Of a stretch of DNA of 35,997 nucleotides, positions 24,125-35,880 are shown one piece after another. The position numbers and the translations under genes were made by a program. The DNA lies in the NCBI RefSeq assembly GCF_001186125.1, contig NW_014040117.1, positions 1 to 35,997 of the forward strand, given 5' to 3'. The DNA comes from Sphaeroforma arctica JP610. Taxonomy: Eukaryota. How positions within the stretch are numbered: position 1 is the first letter of the stretch; every line of letters begins with the position of its first letter. The notes beneath the pieces are model-generated. The model searched no databases, was not told the origin of the DNA, and saw only the letters and a program-made list of their open reading frames with translations.

Positions 24125-24565
24125 CGCCCCTCACCAGAGAGACAGTGCCACTATATAAGGCAAGTTGTACAACACTCCGGTGAATGTGCCCCCAAGTACA
24201 CACTCTAAAGTTAATAATGCCCCAAAGTCTCGAACAGACCTTTACATAGTCTAAAATCGATACAGAAAAAACAAGATAGCAAAGCATAATCACGTATTAA
24301 ACCGTCTCAACCCTTATGAAGCACCTGACTAGAGGTTCCATGCTAGCAAAGTATCAAGCTAAACAGCACGGGTGCCTATAACAACAAATATATTGAAGTA
24401 CTATTAAAAGTGTTCTTTATAAGGTTTCTCATACTGACCATATGAGTTTTTACCCAGGCCAACCCAAGTGGTTAAACACTAGTTTAAACACCATCAGTAT
24501 ATATCTGAGGGTGAGGTCATAAACAAATTCATTCGAAAGCACGACTTTTTAAATACATTTGTACT

Positions 24566-25320
24566 CTATTTAAAGTCTACTACATTGCACTCTAACACTC
24601 GTTTCTGTGTAATCTGTCGTCGTTCATTAAGGCATGTAGCAATGCGATTACGCACCGCAGCTGGCACTTTTTCATCTACGATTAACATCTCGCACAAATT
24701 CTCTCGAATTGTCAACCGGTGAGGCCCATCATACATCCGGTCCGTGTGCGCGAAGAACGGTGAAGACTCCATCTGAAGAATGACCATCGCATTGTAAGAA
24801 AGAACAACATTCTAGACGCATTCTAGACGCATTCATCCAGTCATGGTATTTTCGTAAGACAGGTTAGTGCGGATTGCCCGTTTCGCACGACCATCACCTT
24901 CGCGGTGTCCAACGGAGCTGTAGTGAACCTGAAAGCCACGATTCAGACTAAACTCTACGAATAATATATTTTCGAAGATAGTGCCTTTTCTACCGCCAAC
25001 GTCCGGAGCAGCCCCTATGGAAAAATAAGTTCTCTATCAAACTTTATCACCACACGCGTAGTCTACATTCATGAATGGAGAGAACACAGACACCGCCACG
25101 AGTTTCGATAGCTCGTTCACTGCCACCAACACGGCACACTCACCTCCTAGGCCGTAGTTCTGTCGTCCCAGTCAAGGTTTTAATTCGCCGAACAAAATCG
25201 TACGTTCTGGTTGTTAAATCAGAGCCAAGGTCTCCAGCGGGGGAAGATTATAACGTTCACATACGAATCTGCTCACGCAGACGTCCCAACCCAGCATGAC
25301 ATGTACCAAGTGATGAAGGC
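24566..25320 (-). pseudogene. Ty3/gypsy-type DDE integrase relic
   Basis: TCHAGLGRL (zinc-finger His), GECAVLVAVNELSKLV, KGTIFENILFVEF..GFQVHYSSVGHREGDGRAKRAIRT (AER motif with E->K), SYNAM..SSPFF. Frameshifts include an 11-bp tandem duplication near 24810-24830. Confidence 0.85.
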
Positions 25321-26057
25321 GCTTCTGAGAAGCATACACATAGAAAACGTGAACGTAATAAAGCGCACCACTCAATCGTCCTCGCCACCTACTGTGATCG
25401 TTGCTGGGATACTACCTGGGAGTTTTCAATCACTGCCGTTAATAAAGTACTAGTGATCATGTTAGCAGTACCGATGACTGATTGAGTTGCTGTCAATGAA
25501 TTTGATGACAGCGATGGTTCCACCACAGTAGTTTCTGTGTCACTAGTATTTGCTATCTGCTTAGCTTTATCGACAGATCCCAAGTTCCAGTCTTCTATCC
25601 TAAGTCCGACTCACCTCCGCCCATGCCAATAATCCATTCTTCCACCAACACTGCCGTAAAGGCAAAAAAATTGAACTCCTTCAAATACACGACTTTCAGT
25701 GTTGGCTCGTTTGAAATGGATTCTGCCAGTGTACGCAATGTAGTTGTCTTTGCCTCCATAAGAGCGTACGCCATAGACCATTTAGTGCTAGATAGTTCCT
25801 CAATAAAATTTTAATGAAGTATTGTATCCAAGTCATGTAGGTTGCTTTTGTTCGCAGATACATACTTGCTTACTCAGTCCCTGTTGTGCTTAATTACTTG
25901 ACGCACATTCGTCCAATCAACGAAGATTTCATGTCGGCAAGCTCTATACTTGTTTTTGCCTTGTAAACTGCATGGCGGTTTTTAGCTGCATCACCAATAC
26001 TGGCCATCTAGTCTTTACATCTAGGTTATATATGATATCTAAAAAGACCTCATTATC

Positions 26058-26754
26058 TGCAGTGTGCACAAGAGAGAGTTCGCAGGAAACCGCCAGTCTC
26101 GGTGTAAAACCCTCGTTTATCAGACACAGTTCAATATACGTGTTGTTGACTCACAATAAACAGCCAATTAGGTACTTCAGACCTCACTATGTATACTATT
26201 TGCAGCATGGTATTGCACCAGCAATCGCCTTCAGCTTTACTACAAGTTTTGTTTCTCCATAGCAACACTATGTTTGTACTCACCGGCAGTACTTCAGAAT
26301 TTCTTACATCTCAACACTATGTTCTGTTCACACGGACATGGTTGCTTAATACGGTAGCAACTCAATCTTCAATCTTGCACAATGCTATTTGTTAAAGTAT
26401 TCATGACATGCAGCACACAACACAAGTCCTTATCGGGAAAAGCAATCCTTGTTATATGGTATTACCTAATATGCGTTGACATATAATTGGAGGCCAATTG
26501 CAAGTACAACCACACTACATTGTATCATACATACTTGCCATTTTTGAAATAAATAATATTATCCCTATGTGGCAAAGTACTTTAGTATTGTCGGATATAT
26601 CAATGACCATCTGACATTTATCATAATCATGATATTTCGGACAAGTTGAAATGAACAGTAACTATATTGGTTTTCGTAGGAGTTTACATAGATTTAAACC
26701 TAGGAGTAAACACATTGCTCTCTATATACTAAGGGTACCTGTAGGCGTCCTACA
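26058..26754 (-). repeat. 5' LTR (697 bp)
   Basis: Homologous to 23468-24124; begins TGTAGGACGCC on minus and ends CACTGCA. Confidence 0.85.
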
Positions 26755-27012
26755 AGTGTTGGAATATCAATTATTCAATGACTTCATTTTTTGTTGTTGT
26801 TGATATTGTTCACCGATGTCCATCGTTGTGTATTGGCCTTATTGGTGGCTTCTGTTTAAAAACAAAATAAAATACTGATTTCTGAGGTTGGAATCTCGAA
26901 TCAGTTATTCTGCAATTAAATATTTTGTGTCCAGCTGTGGGTGTCTACATATGTATAGTAAACAACTATTTTTTTGTTCTGAAAATAAATATAGACAGTA
27001 AATACGGAATAC

Positions 27013-27080
27013 CATCAGGCACCAGGCACCAGGCACCAGGCACCAGGCACCAGGCACCAGGCACCAGACCACCAGCCAGG
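27013..27080. repeat. (CACCAGG)n heptamer tandem repeat, 6 perfect plus degenerate copies
   Basis: Seen directly; perfect copies at 27020-27061. Confidence 0.95.
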
Positions 27081-27295
27081 TAGACAGGCAGAGGTTACCA
27101 GGGCAGGAATCCCGAATCAAGATGTGTTGGGTGGCGCCTTGAAAAGTTTTGCCATGTCCCTCTGGAAATGTCGCTGGATGAAAAATAGATTCTCCCCAGC
27201 AAATCNNNNNNNNNNNNNNNNNNNNTTCACTAGTTGAATGCGCGAACACAGTACTATGTAGCCTCTTAAAGTATCCTGGAATTCTACTGTATGTT

Positions 27296-29600
27296 CCCTC
27301 ACCAGTCTACACCGAGCAAGGCCTATTCCTTTGTGTTCTCCACCTCATGATCCTCCTCCACCTCATCCAGCCTGGTGAAGGTGTGGTCAATTAATTAGCA
27401 CCATAGTGTCCTCCAGGGCACGTTTCGTAGTTGGAAGGTCTTCCAGTAGGTATGACCGCATAGTAGCCTCTCTCTCTCGCGCGAGGTCCGCTTCTATCAG
27501 TTGTCAATCACTCTTCCTAATCTCCTAGCTGTCATCCTCTGTGTTGATCACTGTCGGCTCGGTACTCCCCTCGTAGCGAACTCAAAGACTGTCTGTCTTT
27601 ACATCCCCTCACGAACAGGATGTTTCGATAGCAGCGTTCCTCGCAGCTGAGGACTGGTTATTAACCTGAAATAGAAAGATAAAAGAGATAAGCTTTCGTT
27701 GACGCATGCTTCAAATTGACGGACTCGTCCAAGCACGGTGTATAGTACAGCCGGAGAGAATTCCATCATCCGGCTAGTAAGTATGACTAATGTTAGCGCA
27801 CTCCCCAGGATCGTGGCCTCTCTCGACGATATATTTGGTCAAGCGCGAAACGATACCCACGGCAATATCGCTCTTTCATGCCGTCACAAAGCGAGCGCCA
27901 ACATGCTGTGCGATTAACTCTGCAATTCGTGTCTCAAAAAGGTTGGTCCGATTGTGAACCCTGTCTTTATGGCATTTTGCCACGAAGATGCTTCGGCACT
28001 CGTCGCGAAAGTCCTAAAAATCTCGTTGCGCTCCTGCTCATGAGCATTCTTGAAATAGCTTGCATATAGCAGCAAGTTGATGTATACGTTTCTCGCCAGG
28101 ATCGTTGTGCCTTACCTCGTTCCGGCTCACTAATCGGGATACGGTAGGAGCGCATTTCAGCTATATGGACCCTATACAACTTGCCGCTCACCCACATCCG
28201 CACTGTATGATATACGGGTGGGTCAAAGCTGCTATTATGAGGTGTGTTAGCAGGGTAAAACATTACCACTCGGCCGAAATTGAAGATTGTTCGTCGCACG
28301 TACCTGCCAATATGCGCCTTGATATCCATCGCCCACGCCCTACTATCGAGTTCCATCGATTAAGACACCAGCAGTCCCGGCATTGCCACGTCACCCAGAT
28401 CCTCCTTTACAATACCAACGAGGTTAATACATTGTAACTTATATCCCTTGAAATAAATAATATTACCCTTATCAACATGATGGGGAAAAACACTTTCATT
28501 CGTCGCCAAGGTGTAAAGTACCAGCCCTGTCATGGAAGAACGTGTTACATTGTACGCCGATAGAAACTCGGCCATCGCATCTGGTCTAGAAGCTTTCTGT
28601 TCCACTGGCAAGATCATGGATATCTTCTGGTCTCTACTTTTGTACACCGGGTGAACTCTGGTATTTCTCTCTGTGCATCATGACGGAAAATATTCCGCAA
28701 TCAGTGGGCTATCATTATCAACGATAAGCTGACGTGGCCAACCCCGTGAAATAGTTTGTTGCTCCACAAACCTCTTCATGAAATTGTATCCGTCAGTACT
28801 CCAAATGTGATAGTAATAATCTATGTGTCATGCTGCACCGAAGGCCCGAGCCCGTGACAGAGAAGCCCATGACGCAAGACCACCGAAGCACCCCGACGAG
28901 CAATACGCACTGTGCATGTATCCACGATCTTCATTTCAAGCTAGTTTATCTTGGAACAACACGAACAACGGCATCCTTTACGCACAGGGAACCTGCACCT
29001 GCTTCAACCCTATCGAACACTATATACGGCTGGCGGACCTGCGGTGGTATCAGAAAGAGACTTAGACTCGACATCCGCAGACTCTGTTTGCAACGCTGGA
29101 ATTTTATCAAACGCACCTTATCCGTACTCTTGGCTTTGCAGAAGGGCTACACGCTGTTGTTCCGACAACTCTTGAGCATTCGCTCATGGTTCCAGCGTCT
29201 CCACGTCGTCGTCCCCACCGGTGCGAGCATCATCCTCTACCTTGTAAGCACTAATACACCGCCGCCAGCTTTGCTTCTTGCCTGAGCGGCTTCTGTTAGC
29301 GCCTGTTGCTCCTCTCGTAACATTTGTCACAGGCTCCGCATCCTCTTCGAGTACTCCATCCGTCTTATACGCCTCTGCAGACCGCGGAACCGCCATACAC
29401 CATCTATTCTCGGGTAACAATGCCCTCCCAGTGTTTTTCCATGGATTACTATCGTTGGCAGGCCCCATATTGGCATTGGTATTGCTGGACATACTGTCCA
29501 AATCGCTCTCGTCGCGCAACGAATTACCCCTATGACTGCTGGCCCTGAGCTGGGCACTGTATCATCTCTGTTATGTAGTCTGGATCCGCCATTAACTCCT
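27296..29600 (-). mobile_element. Second decayed gypsy-type integrase element with long acidic C-terminal extension; ends undefined
   Basis: RGWPRQLIVDNDSPL (core Asp region, about 28700-28745), FLSAYNVTRSSMTG, and C-terminal module FNFGRVVMFY...RVHIAEMRSY. Broken acidic frames continue to about 27320. No RT motif seen on either side. Confidence 0.7.
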
Positions 29601-30032
29601 TCGACCGTGAATTTCCGAATTGGGTGTGATCGGAATACACCAGGTAGGGTTAAACTTAGGTTTATTAGAGTTTATTAAAGTTTATCAGAAGGATCAGATA
29701 AACTTAGTTTGGCCAATTAATAAAATCAGCACATGACTCATCAAATGTCATCGATTATAAATCGGTACATGACTCATTAATTAGAAGAGTCATGATTTTT
29801 ACTATTATCCATAAAAGAAGAACGTATCCCTCTCTTAGAAAGGAGAACGTTGAGATACAGTTATCTAGCGTGTACTTACGTCATTTTTAACTTATCATAG
29901 ATGTTGTTAGTTTATTAGTAATCATAAAGTAGCTACGATACAAGAGATAGACAGTAGCTGGTAGTTTTTTTGTTGTTGTTACAATAATAGCACTAGAAGA
30001 AAAGAGACATCGAAAACAATAAGAGCATTAGA

Positions 30033-31670
30033 ATGTCGCAACAAAATGACGAGGTCTTTCGAAATATGCCTATCGAAGAAGAGGATAGCGGGTTCTCTAG
30101 TAGTAATGCCAGCGCTACGATTCCTTCATTTATTTCAGACAGCAGCAGTGAAGCGGAAGAAGAATCGAGACCGGATAGCCGGAATGCCCGCTGGGAACCA
30201 GCCAGGAGTTCTGAGGTGAATAATAACAGATTCAGAATCAATAGGAACGACATGGCCCGGCATCTTGAGCGCTTTAGGTTGTCTGTCCGGCTCACCAGCG
30301 ACGACGCTTGGACAGCAAGTACGAAGACGGAAACTGTTCCCACAATCAAATCTGAGGATGGATCCACATAGTCAAATACATCAATGGCACAAGAGCGACA
30401 AGGACGAGTCCAGGACGATCAAATGACGAAGTCAGAGGACCAGCCAGAAAACTCAGATAAGTATATACGCGTTAATGAAAGGTAATTGAGGCTGAATGGG
30501 TGTGATGTATGAGTAGAGTGTGCAGTGAAGTGACAAGTTTAACCCCTATTTAAGAGGAGTAGTTAGAAAAAAAGAGGTGGCTCTATATGAACTGCGGTAG
30601 TAGAAATGGGAAGTGTACATGGATAGAGCCGAACCGGCTGGTATAACGAAATGGATAAATCAGTAGAATACTATATTTGATTTGCAAGAACATGGAATAC
30701 TTGGAGGTTGAAATATACAAGCTAGATTACAATCTTCACCTAGAATAGACAAAGTTATACAGTGCACACGTTAGTTGATGCCGAAGAATGAATGCACTAG
30801 GAAATGACCAAGATACAGTTAGGACAATTGTTATGGATAGTATAGGTAGAGTGTACGGCTAACGACATATACTAAGAACACAACAAAATAGTGAGTAACT
30901 ATGTATAGGACGCTTGGTAAGTCGACGAAATCAACAAGTAGAAATTGAGCGGCGATACATGCGCATTTAATGGCAGCCATGTGCAACACGGAACATAGGG
31001 GAGTTCGAAATATTTAGCAGACAGATTGTAGCCTACAAGACGTATATAAAGGAGTGGTTATTTAGAAAATTTAGTATAAGGGTTACTACAGAGGGCAGTG
31101 ACGAAATTGAGCCAATTGGGAATCCATGTGAAGGCGTTTACAGCCAAGATTGAACGATGGGTGCAACAGATAGGGTTTTGTAGAAGAAATAAGATACTGA
31201 AGTGTACGTAAAGCAATAGTAAGCACCAGTGAGCCTCCTTAGGATCGTAAAAGGGTGTTTTAATACGTAACATAAGCGATATATGTGGTACATTGTTGAA
31301 TTTTGCGTATGTGATATTAGAACGTACACGATGTAACAGAACCTTCAGGTAAAAAAGGTAAATGGGGATGCTTGGGAGAATGCACAGGGTGCAGTATTCG
31401 TTGGAGAGTAGTTTAGGAGCGCGACAGTTGACGACACGGCACATATGACAGGAAAACATAATTCAACGACCGCAACGGCACATGACGAGACACGACGAGC
31501 AGAGAAAGCGAAGGAAGGGGAGCAAGAAGAGAATTCAGAAGCTTTCCATGGAGAAAAAGGCCGTATACCGAGGGCAGGATTGACTCCATGTCGGAGTAGG
31601 AGCAGACTACAAAAGCTTTAAGAGATGTTCCGACAAGTGGGGCGGACCCCAGCAAAGAGTTTAGTTGAAG
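30033..31670 (+). pseudogene. Probable retrotransposon gag-like relic
   Basis: Low-complexity S/E/R N-terminal ORF (30033-30371, frame continues past the TAG), then purine-rich broken frames including AVTKLSQLGIHVKAFTAKIERWV (gag L.Q...V..F-like). No pol motifs follow. Confidence 0.4.
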
Positions 31671-32461
31671 GGAGAGCAAGACCACAGATCGTTGGATGGG
31701 GAGTCAGACCGAGTCTTATCTACCACTCTGTGGGTGGAGTTGAGGTAGTCGAGAATGAGCCAACCTGTTCCACGAGGACAGTCGTCGAGGTTTAATGTAT
31801 TCGAAGGATGGATTATAGGATTGAAAAGGATATTTATACTAGAATTTTTCCGAGATCGATCGCACACATTTTAGAGATTTCCACTGGAATCCACTTCATC
31901 CACCATGTGCAACTCCCGCCAAAGTCGTCGTCAGCAACATCTAATCCTGAACGTCGCAAGGAAGACGATATTGATCGACGCGACACTAAGCGTCGCCAGT
32001 CTAATCCGGACCGTACCAACCAACAATCCGAGCAGAATTAGGAAGAGCAACAATAGACGCAGATGGAGGGGTTCGTCACCAGACTTTTGCGAACGGTAGG
32101 CAGACACCAACAGCACCCGGAGGTGATCCTGACCTATCAGAAGAGGACGGCGTCTTCGACACTGAGTCTACGAGAGTTTCCGACCTGCGTGCGAACCATA
32201 ATCAGGCCGTTACTGGTGAATATGTAGCTAGTAAACGGCCTGCCTTCTCGTTCGTCCTCGGGAATTCCGGCTCTTCGTCCTCAGGCAACGACCAGCCACG
32301 CCTACCACCCAACAAGCGTAGACGTCATCGCCGACGTACCAACAACCACGGCACGGAGCGTGCACAGGCTTCCGCACAGAAGCTAACCGAGCTTAATGAC
32401 TCAGCAACAGTCTCTATTGAACAAGTACGAACTATGTCTTCAGCGTACGTCTTCAGAGCGG

Positions 32462-32483
32462 TTTTAGGGTTTAGGGGTTAGGG
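32462..32483 (+). repeat. Interstitial telomere-like tract TTTTAGGG-TTTAGGG-GTTAGGG
   Basis: Seen directly; three TTAGGG-containing units. Confidence 0.8.
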
Positions 32484-33650
32484 TATCTGACAGCACACAC
32501 AAATGTGAGCACACGTCATTAGGGAACGAGGACAACCCGACGTTCCGTATTAACGGCTGCACTCGACCGCATCACGGACTCGGGTATGAATCACACGGGT
32601 CGGAAGGTCAACTATCCGAGGATGAGGCCCAATCATTCCACGATTTTACACGTGAACAAGTGTTAGCGAAGCAGAACCTTCATGGGGGCGAGGCGCTGAA
32701 GAACATGCATGATCGTTTGAGCACGAACTTTCGCCGACAGCAGCAGAGGAAGTCGTTTGAGCACGATGCAGCTAGTGAGCACGTGCGGACACCCAAGCAA
32801 CAAGGAAGGAGACTATCACACCTCTGCCCACACCGGAAAGTATTGAGAGAAGTCGTCAGGCGCTGCATGCACGCATCCTACACCTTAGCGACGAGTTATA
32901 CCAATCGATAGAGGATAATAACACGGCTCGGGCCGATGCTCTCCGGGTAGCAATATGAGCGCTCCGGGCTATGCTCGAGTCCAGACCAGTGGAGAAATGT
33001 CCTATACCGTCACCGCGTACATGACCTGATTGACCATCGAATAAATACCACCTGCATGACATTATGGAACGTGACACGAGAAGAGCACTTCTTGAGGCCT
33101 TTAAGAATGTACAAATCGCCGGGTTGGATGAAAGTTGGAGCCTTACTTGGTTCCATAAGGTATTAACTTACTTCAAGGCAGAAAAATCAACGCTGGACTA
33201 CATACGCGACAACTTTGAACGGTTGAAGACTTGGACTTCATAATTACAAATCGAACAGATTTGCTCGCATGAGACGCAAGAACGGTGATGGATGCAGACT
33301 TTTAACAGAACTTATTAAACCATTCTATCGTAGAATTGTTAGAGGAAGCACTCAAAGGACGTACGTACAAACGTGCTCTTCAATTACATCCGAAATGGCA
33401 ATTGATGAAGACACACGAGCTTCTGTAGCTGTTGAGTCCCGACATTAAGGACGCCAGGTAGCGTACCACGGCGCGTCTTCAGAACCAAACTAATAGAGAG
33501 GGACTTACGTCTAACGGGGCTCGTGACTGTACTAATAGCCGCCCAAGTCCTCAGACGGTGCGCAGACAGCCGCAGAATTGGGCACAGCGGTTCCAATCGA
33601 CACCGCCTACGACATGTGCCGGATGTCAAGCACAAGCACCATCGGGTTCA

Positions 33651-34349
33651 CGACATATTTCACGTTGTCATCATTTTCGTGCGGCACAGCCAGGGGGTAA
33701 CGATGGTCGGGCACGTACGTACGACCAAAACCGTCCGTCGCAAGACACACACCCTGCACATAGACCGGCAGCAACCCCGATCTCATGACGGGGGTAAAGC
33801 AACACCCCGGGCAGGGAGTTCACCACCACGCTACCAACTTCTCAAATACAGGTGAACGCGATAACGCAGGACGACGGTTTTGAACCACAATCAGAAGCTA
33901 CTGAGGTACATATCAACACGATACTTACGGAGGATTTCCAACACGTGACACCGGAACCAGACCATACCCACGGGACATGGGAGTCAGTTACCGTTGTCAT
34001 CATTTTCGACATATTTCACGTTGTCATCATTTTCGTGCGGCACAGCCAGGGGGTAACGATGGTCGGGCACGTCCGTACGACCAAAACCGTCCGTCGCGAG
34101 ACACACACCCTGCACACAGACCGGCAGTAACCCCGATCTCATGACGGGGCTAAAGCAACACCCCGGGCAGGGAGTTCACCACCACGCTACCAACTTCTCA
34201 AATACAGGTGAACGCGATAACGCAGGACGACGGTTTTGTACCACAATCAGAAGCTACTGAGGTACACATCAACACGGTACTTACGGAGGATTTCCAACAC
34301 GTGACACCGGAAACAGACCATACCCACGGGGCATGGGAGTCAGTTACCG
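33651..34349 (+). repeat. 343-bp tandem duplication (33651-33993 and 34007-34349) within gag
   Basis: Copies are offset by 356 bp with about 10 substitutions counted by eye and a 13-nt spacer. Confidence 0.95.
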
Positions 34350-34363
34350 AACGGGAGTGAGAT

Positions 34364-34775
34364 GTGAAGGTGTATGAGACGGATATGAGCTTGACGTTTG
34401 TTAATAATATCGGTGCAGTGATGGCGATACAAGACCCATTGCTGTCTTCTAATAACCGAGTCTATATTCACGTGCAGGTCAATGGGCGTTCGTTCATAGC
34501 ACTGATAGACACGGGGGCGAACAGAAGATGCATATCACAGACATCCGCAAAACTCCTCGGCCGCCCTATAACTCCAGCACCACCTTGGTCATTCATCCAT
34601 TTAGCTGATAAGACGGTACGAACTCCTCGACTGGGCACGACGGAAGTGTTGCTTATTCGATACGGAACCAAGATTATCGACGAATGACTTGAACTGATGA
34701 ATTTACCTGTAGGCATGGACATCATAGTGGGGCAAGATATGTTGAAAGGGCTGGGCCTATACATAGACGGTATCT
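34364..34775 (+). pseudogene. Retropepsin aspartic protease domain of the gypsy relic
   Basis: VYIHVQVNGRSFIALIDTGANRRCIS (catalytic Asp at 34508); in-frame TGA, then MDIIVGQDMLKGLG. Confidence 0.9.
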
Positions 34776-34979
34776 AATCTCCTCTCGCACCAATAGACCC
34801 TACAGAACTTGATGAGCTCCTCAAACCTATAGTGAAGTTGCCATTCCAGTAACACATGAACAGGCTATATACATGCGTAGGTCTACGCAACTTTGTATCT
34901 GACCGATGGCTACCCTACGTCGAGGAGCGAGTGCAGAAGTCGTTGGCGGATCTGGTGATAACGAAACGCACAACACCTA

Positions 34980-35880
34980 CGACAGTGAACCTCCCTCTTC
35001 TAGCGGTCCCGACGTTCGATGCGGAAGGAAACGTGAAGAAGGTGAGAGTGTGCCTAGACATGCGTGCCGTCGTCAACGCGCTTATCCCTGGTGACCAGTT
35101 TTTGATTCCAAAGGTCAACGAACTTATCGTCTCGACTAAAGAGTACGAAGTGCTATACAACGTTGGATATATCTGCAGCATACCACGGGCTGCCGATCCA
35201 TCCAGACTCACAATACTAATTTAGTTTCACGCACGAGCATTATCAGTACTCGTTTACATTAGCACCGTTCGGTCTCCATGTACTTACGCAGCAGTTCCAA
35301 CGCACATTGATCACAATACTCGACGGCCTACCGGTCCATCACTATATCGACGACATAGTTATCGCTAGCGATGACTATGTCGAACGTATTAAGACGGTGC
35401 AGAAGGTGATACAACGCTTAACGTACTATAGCTTTAAGCTCAACCCCGCCAAGTGCCACTTTGCTATCTCCGAAGTGATGTTCCTGGGGAAGAAGGTGTT
35501 GCGCAAGGCATCGACATTGACCATAAGAAACAAGCAAAGCTAATCGACTGGCCTACCCCACTACGGTACACCGCCTTAGATTTGGCGAACTACCTCTATG
35601 AGCATCTCCCCAACTTCGCGAACACAGTCTCACCCTTACGCGAATTTTGCAAACTAAAACCGACCGAATTGATCGGTGATCGTTGGTAGGAACGACATGC
35701 ACAGGCGTGGCAGGCGATAAAAGATGCAGTAGTTATTGCAGTCGCGTTGCACTTCCCGGTAGACGTTATACCATTGAACTTGGAGACCGACGTTAGCGAT
35801 TGCGGTTTGGGGGGAGCATTATTCCAATGGGTCAACGGAAAGAAACATTATTTATTGTTCATTAGTAAGATATTGGCATA
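34980..35880 (+). pseudogene. Reverse transcriptase and N-terminal RNase H of the gypsy relic
   Basis: YIDD at 35343-35354 with flanking RT motifs; RNase H TD(V)S motif near 35790; several frameshifts. Confidence 0.92.

Larger units (their letters stand above)
23468..26754 (-). mobile_element. 3.29-kb non-autonomous Ty3/gypsy-type LTR element with integrase relic and no recognisable PR/RT/RH
   Basis: Diverged direct repeats at 23468-24124 and 26058-26754, each TGTAG...CTGCA on minus. AGTG flanks both ends (23464-23467 and 26755-26758). A purine-rich tract GGTGAGGGGCG abuts the 3' LTR. Internal region is 1933 bp. Confidence 0.85.
31900..35880 (+). mobile_element. Decayed Ty3/gypsy LTR retrotransposon body: gag-protease-RT-RNase H, truncated in RNase H
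   Basis: Gag-like frames at about 31900-34350 with a Cys/His knuckle (CAGCQAQAPSGSRHISRC); protease ALIDTGA and DIIVGQDML; RT KKVRVCLDMR, LDISAAY, APFGL, HYIDDIVI, LNPAKCHF..VMFLG; RNase H LETDVSDCGLGGALFQ. PR followed directly by RT is the gypsy order. Many stops and frameshifts. Confidence 0.92.

Noticed and set aside
25560..26050. RNase H or RT inside the first LTR element
   Set aside because: No TDAS, YxDD, PFGL or D(T/S)G motif found in the minus-strand frames I read.
27013..27080. CACCAGG array as a CRISPR or telomere
   Set aside because: No spacers, eukaryotic context and not telomere-like; a simple tandem repeat.
20800..35880. Stop-codon reassignment (TAA/TAG=Gln, TGA=Trp) suggested by in-frame stops in the relics
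   Set aside because: 786 MSH4 codons and TRM112 contain no in-frame stops, TRM112 ends in TGA, and the relics also carry frameshifts, so they are pseudogenes.
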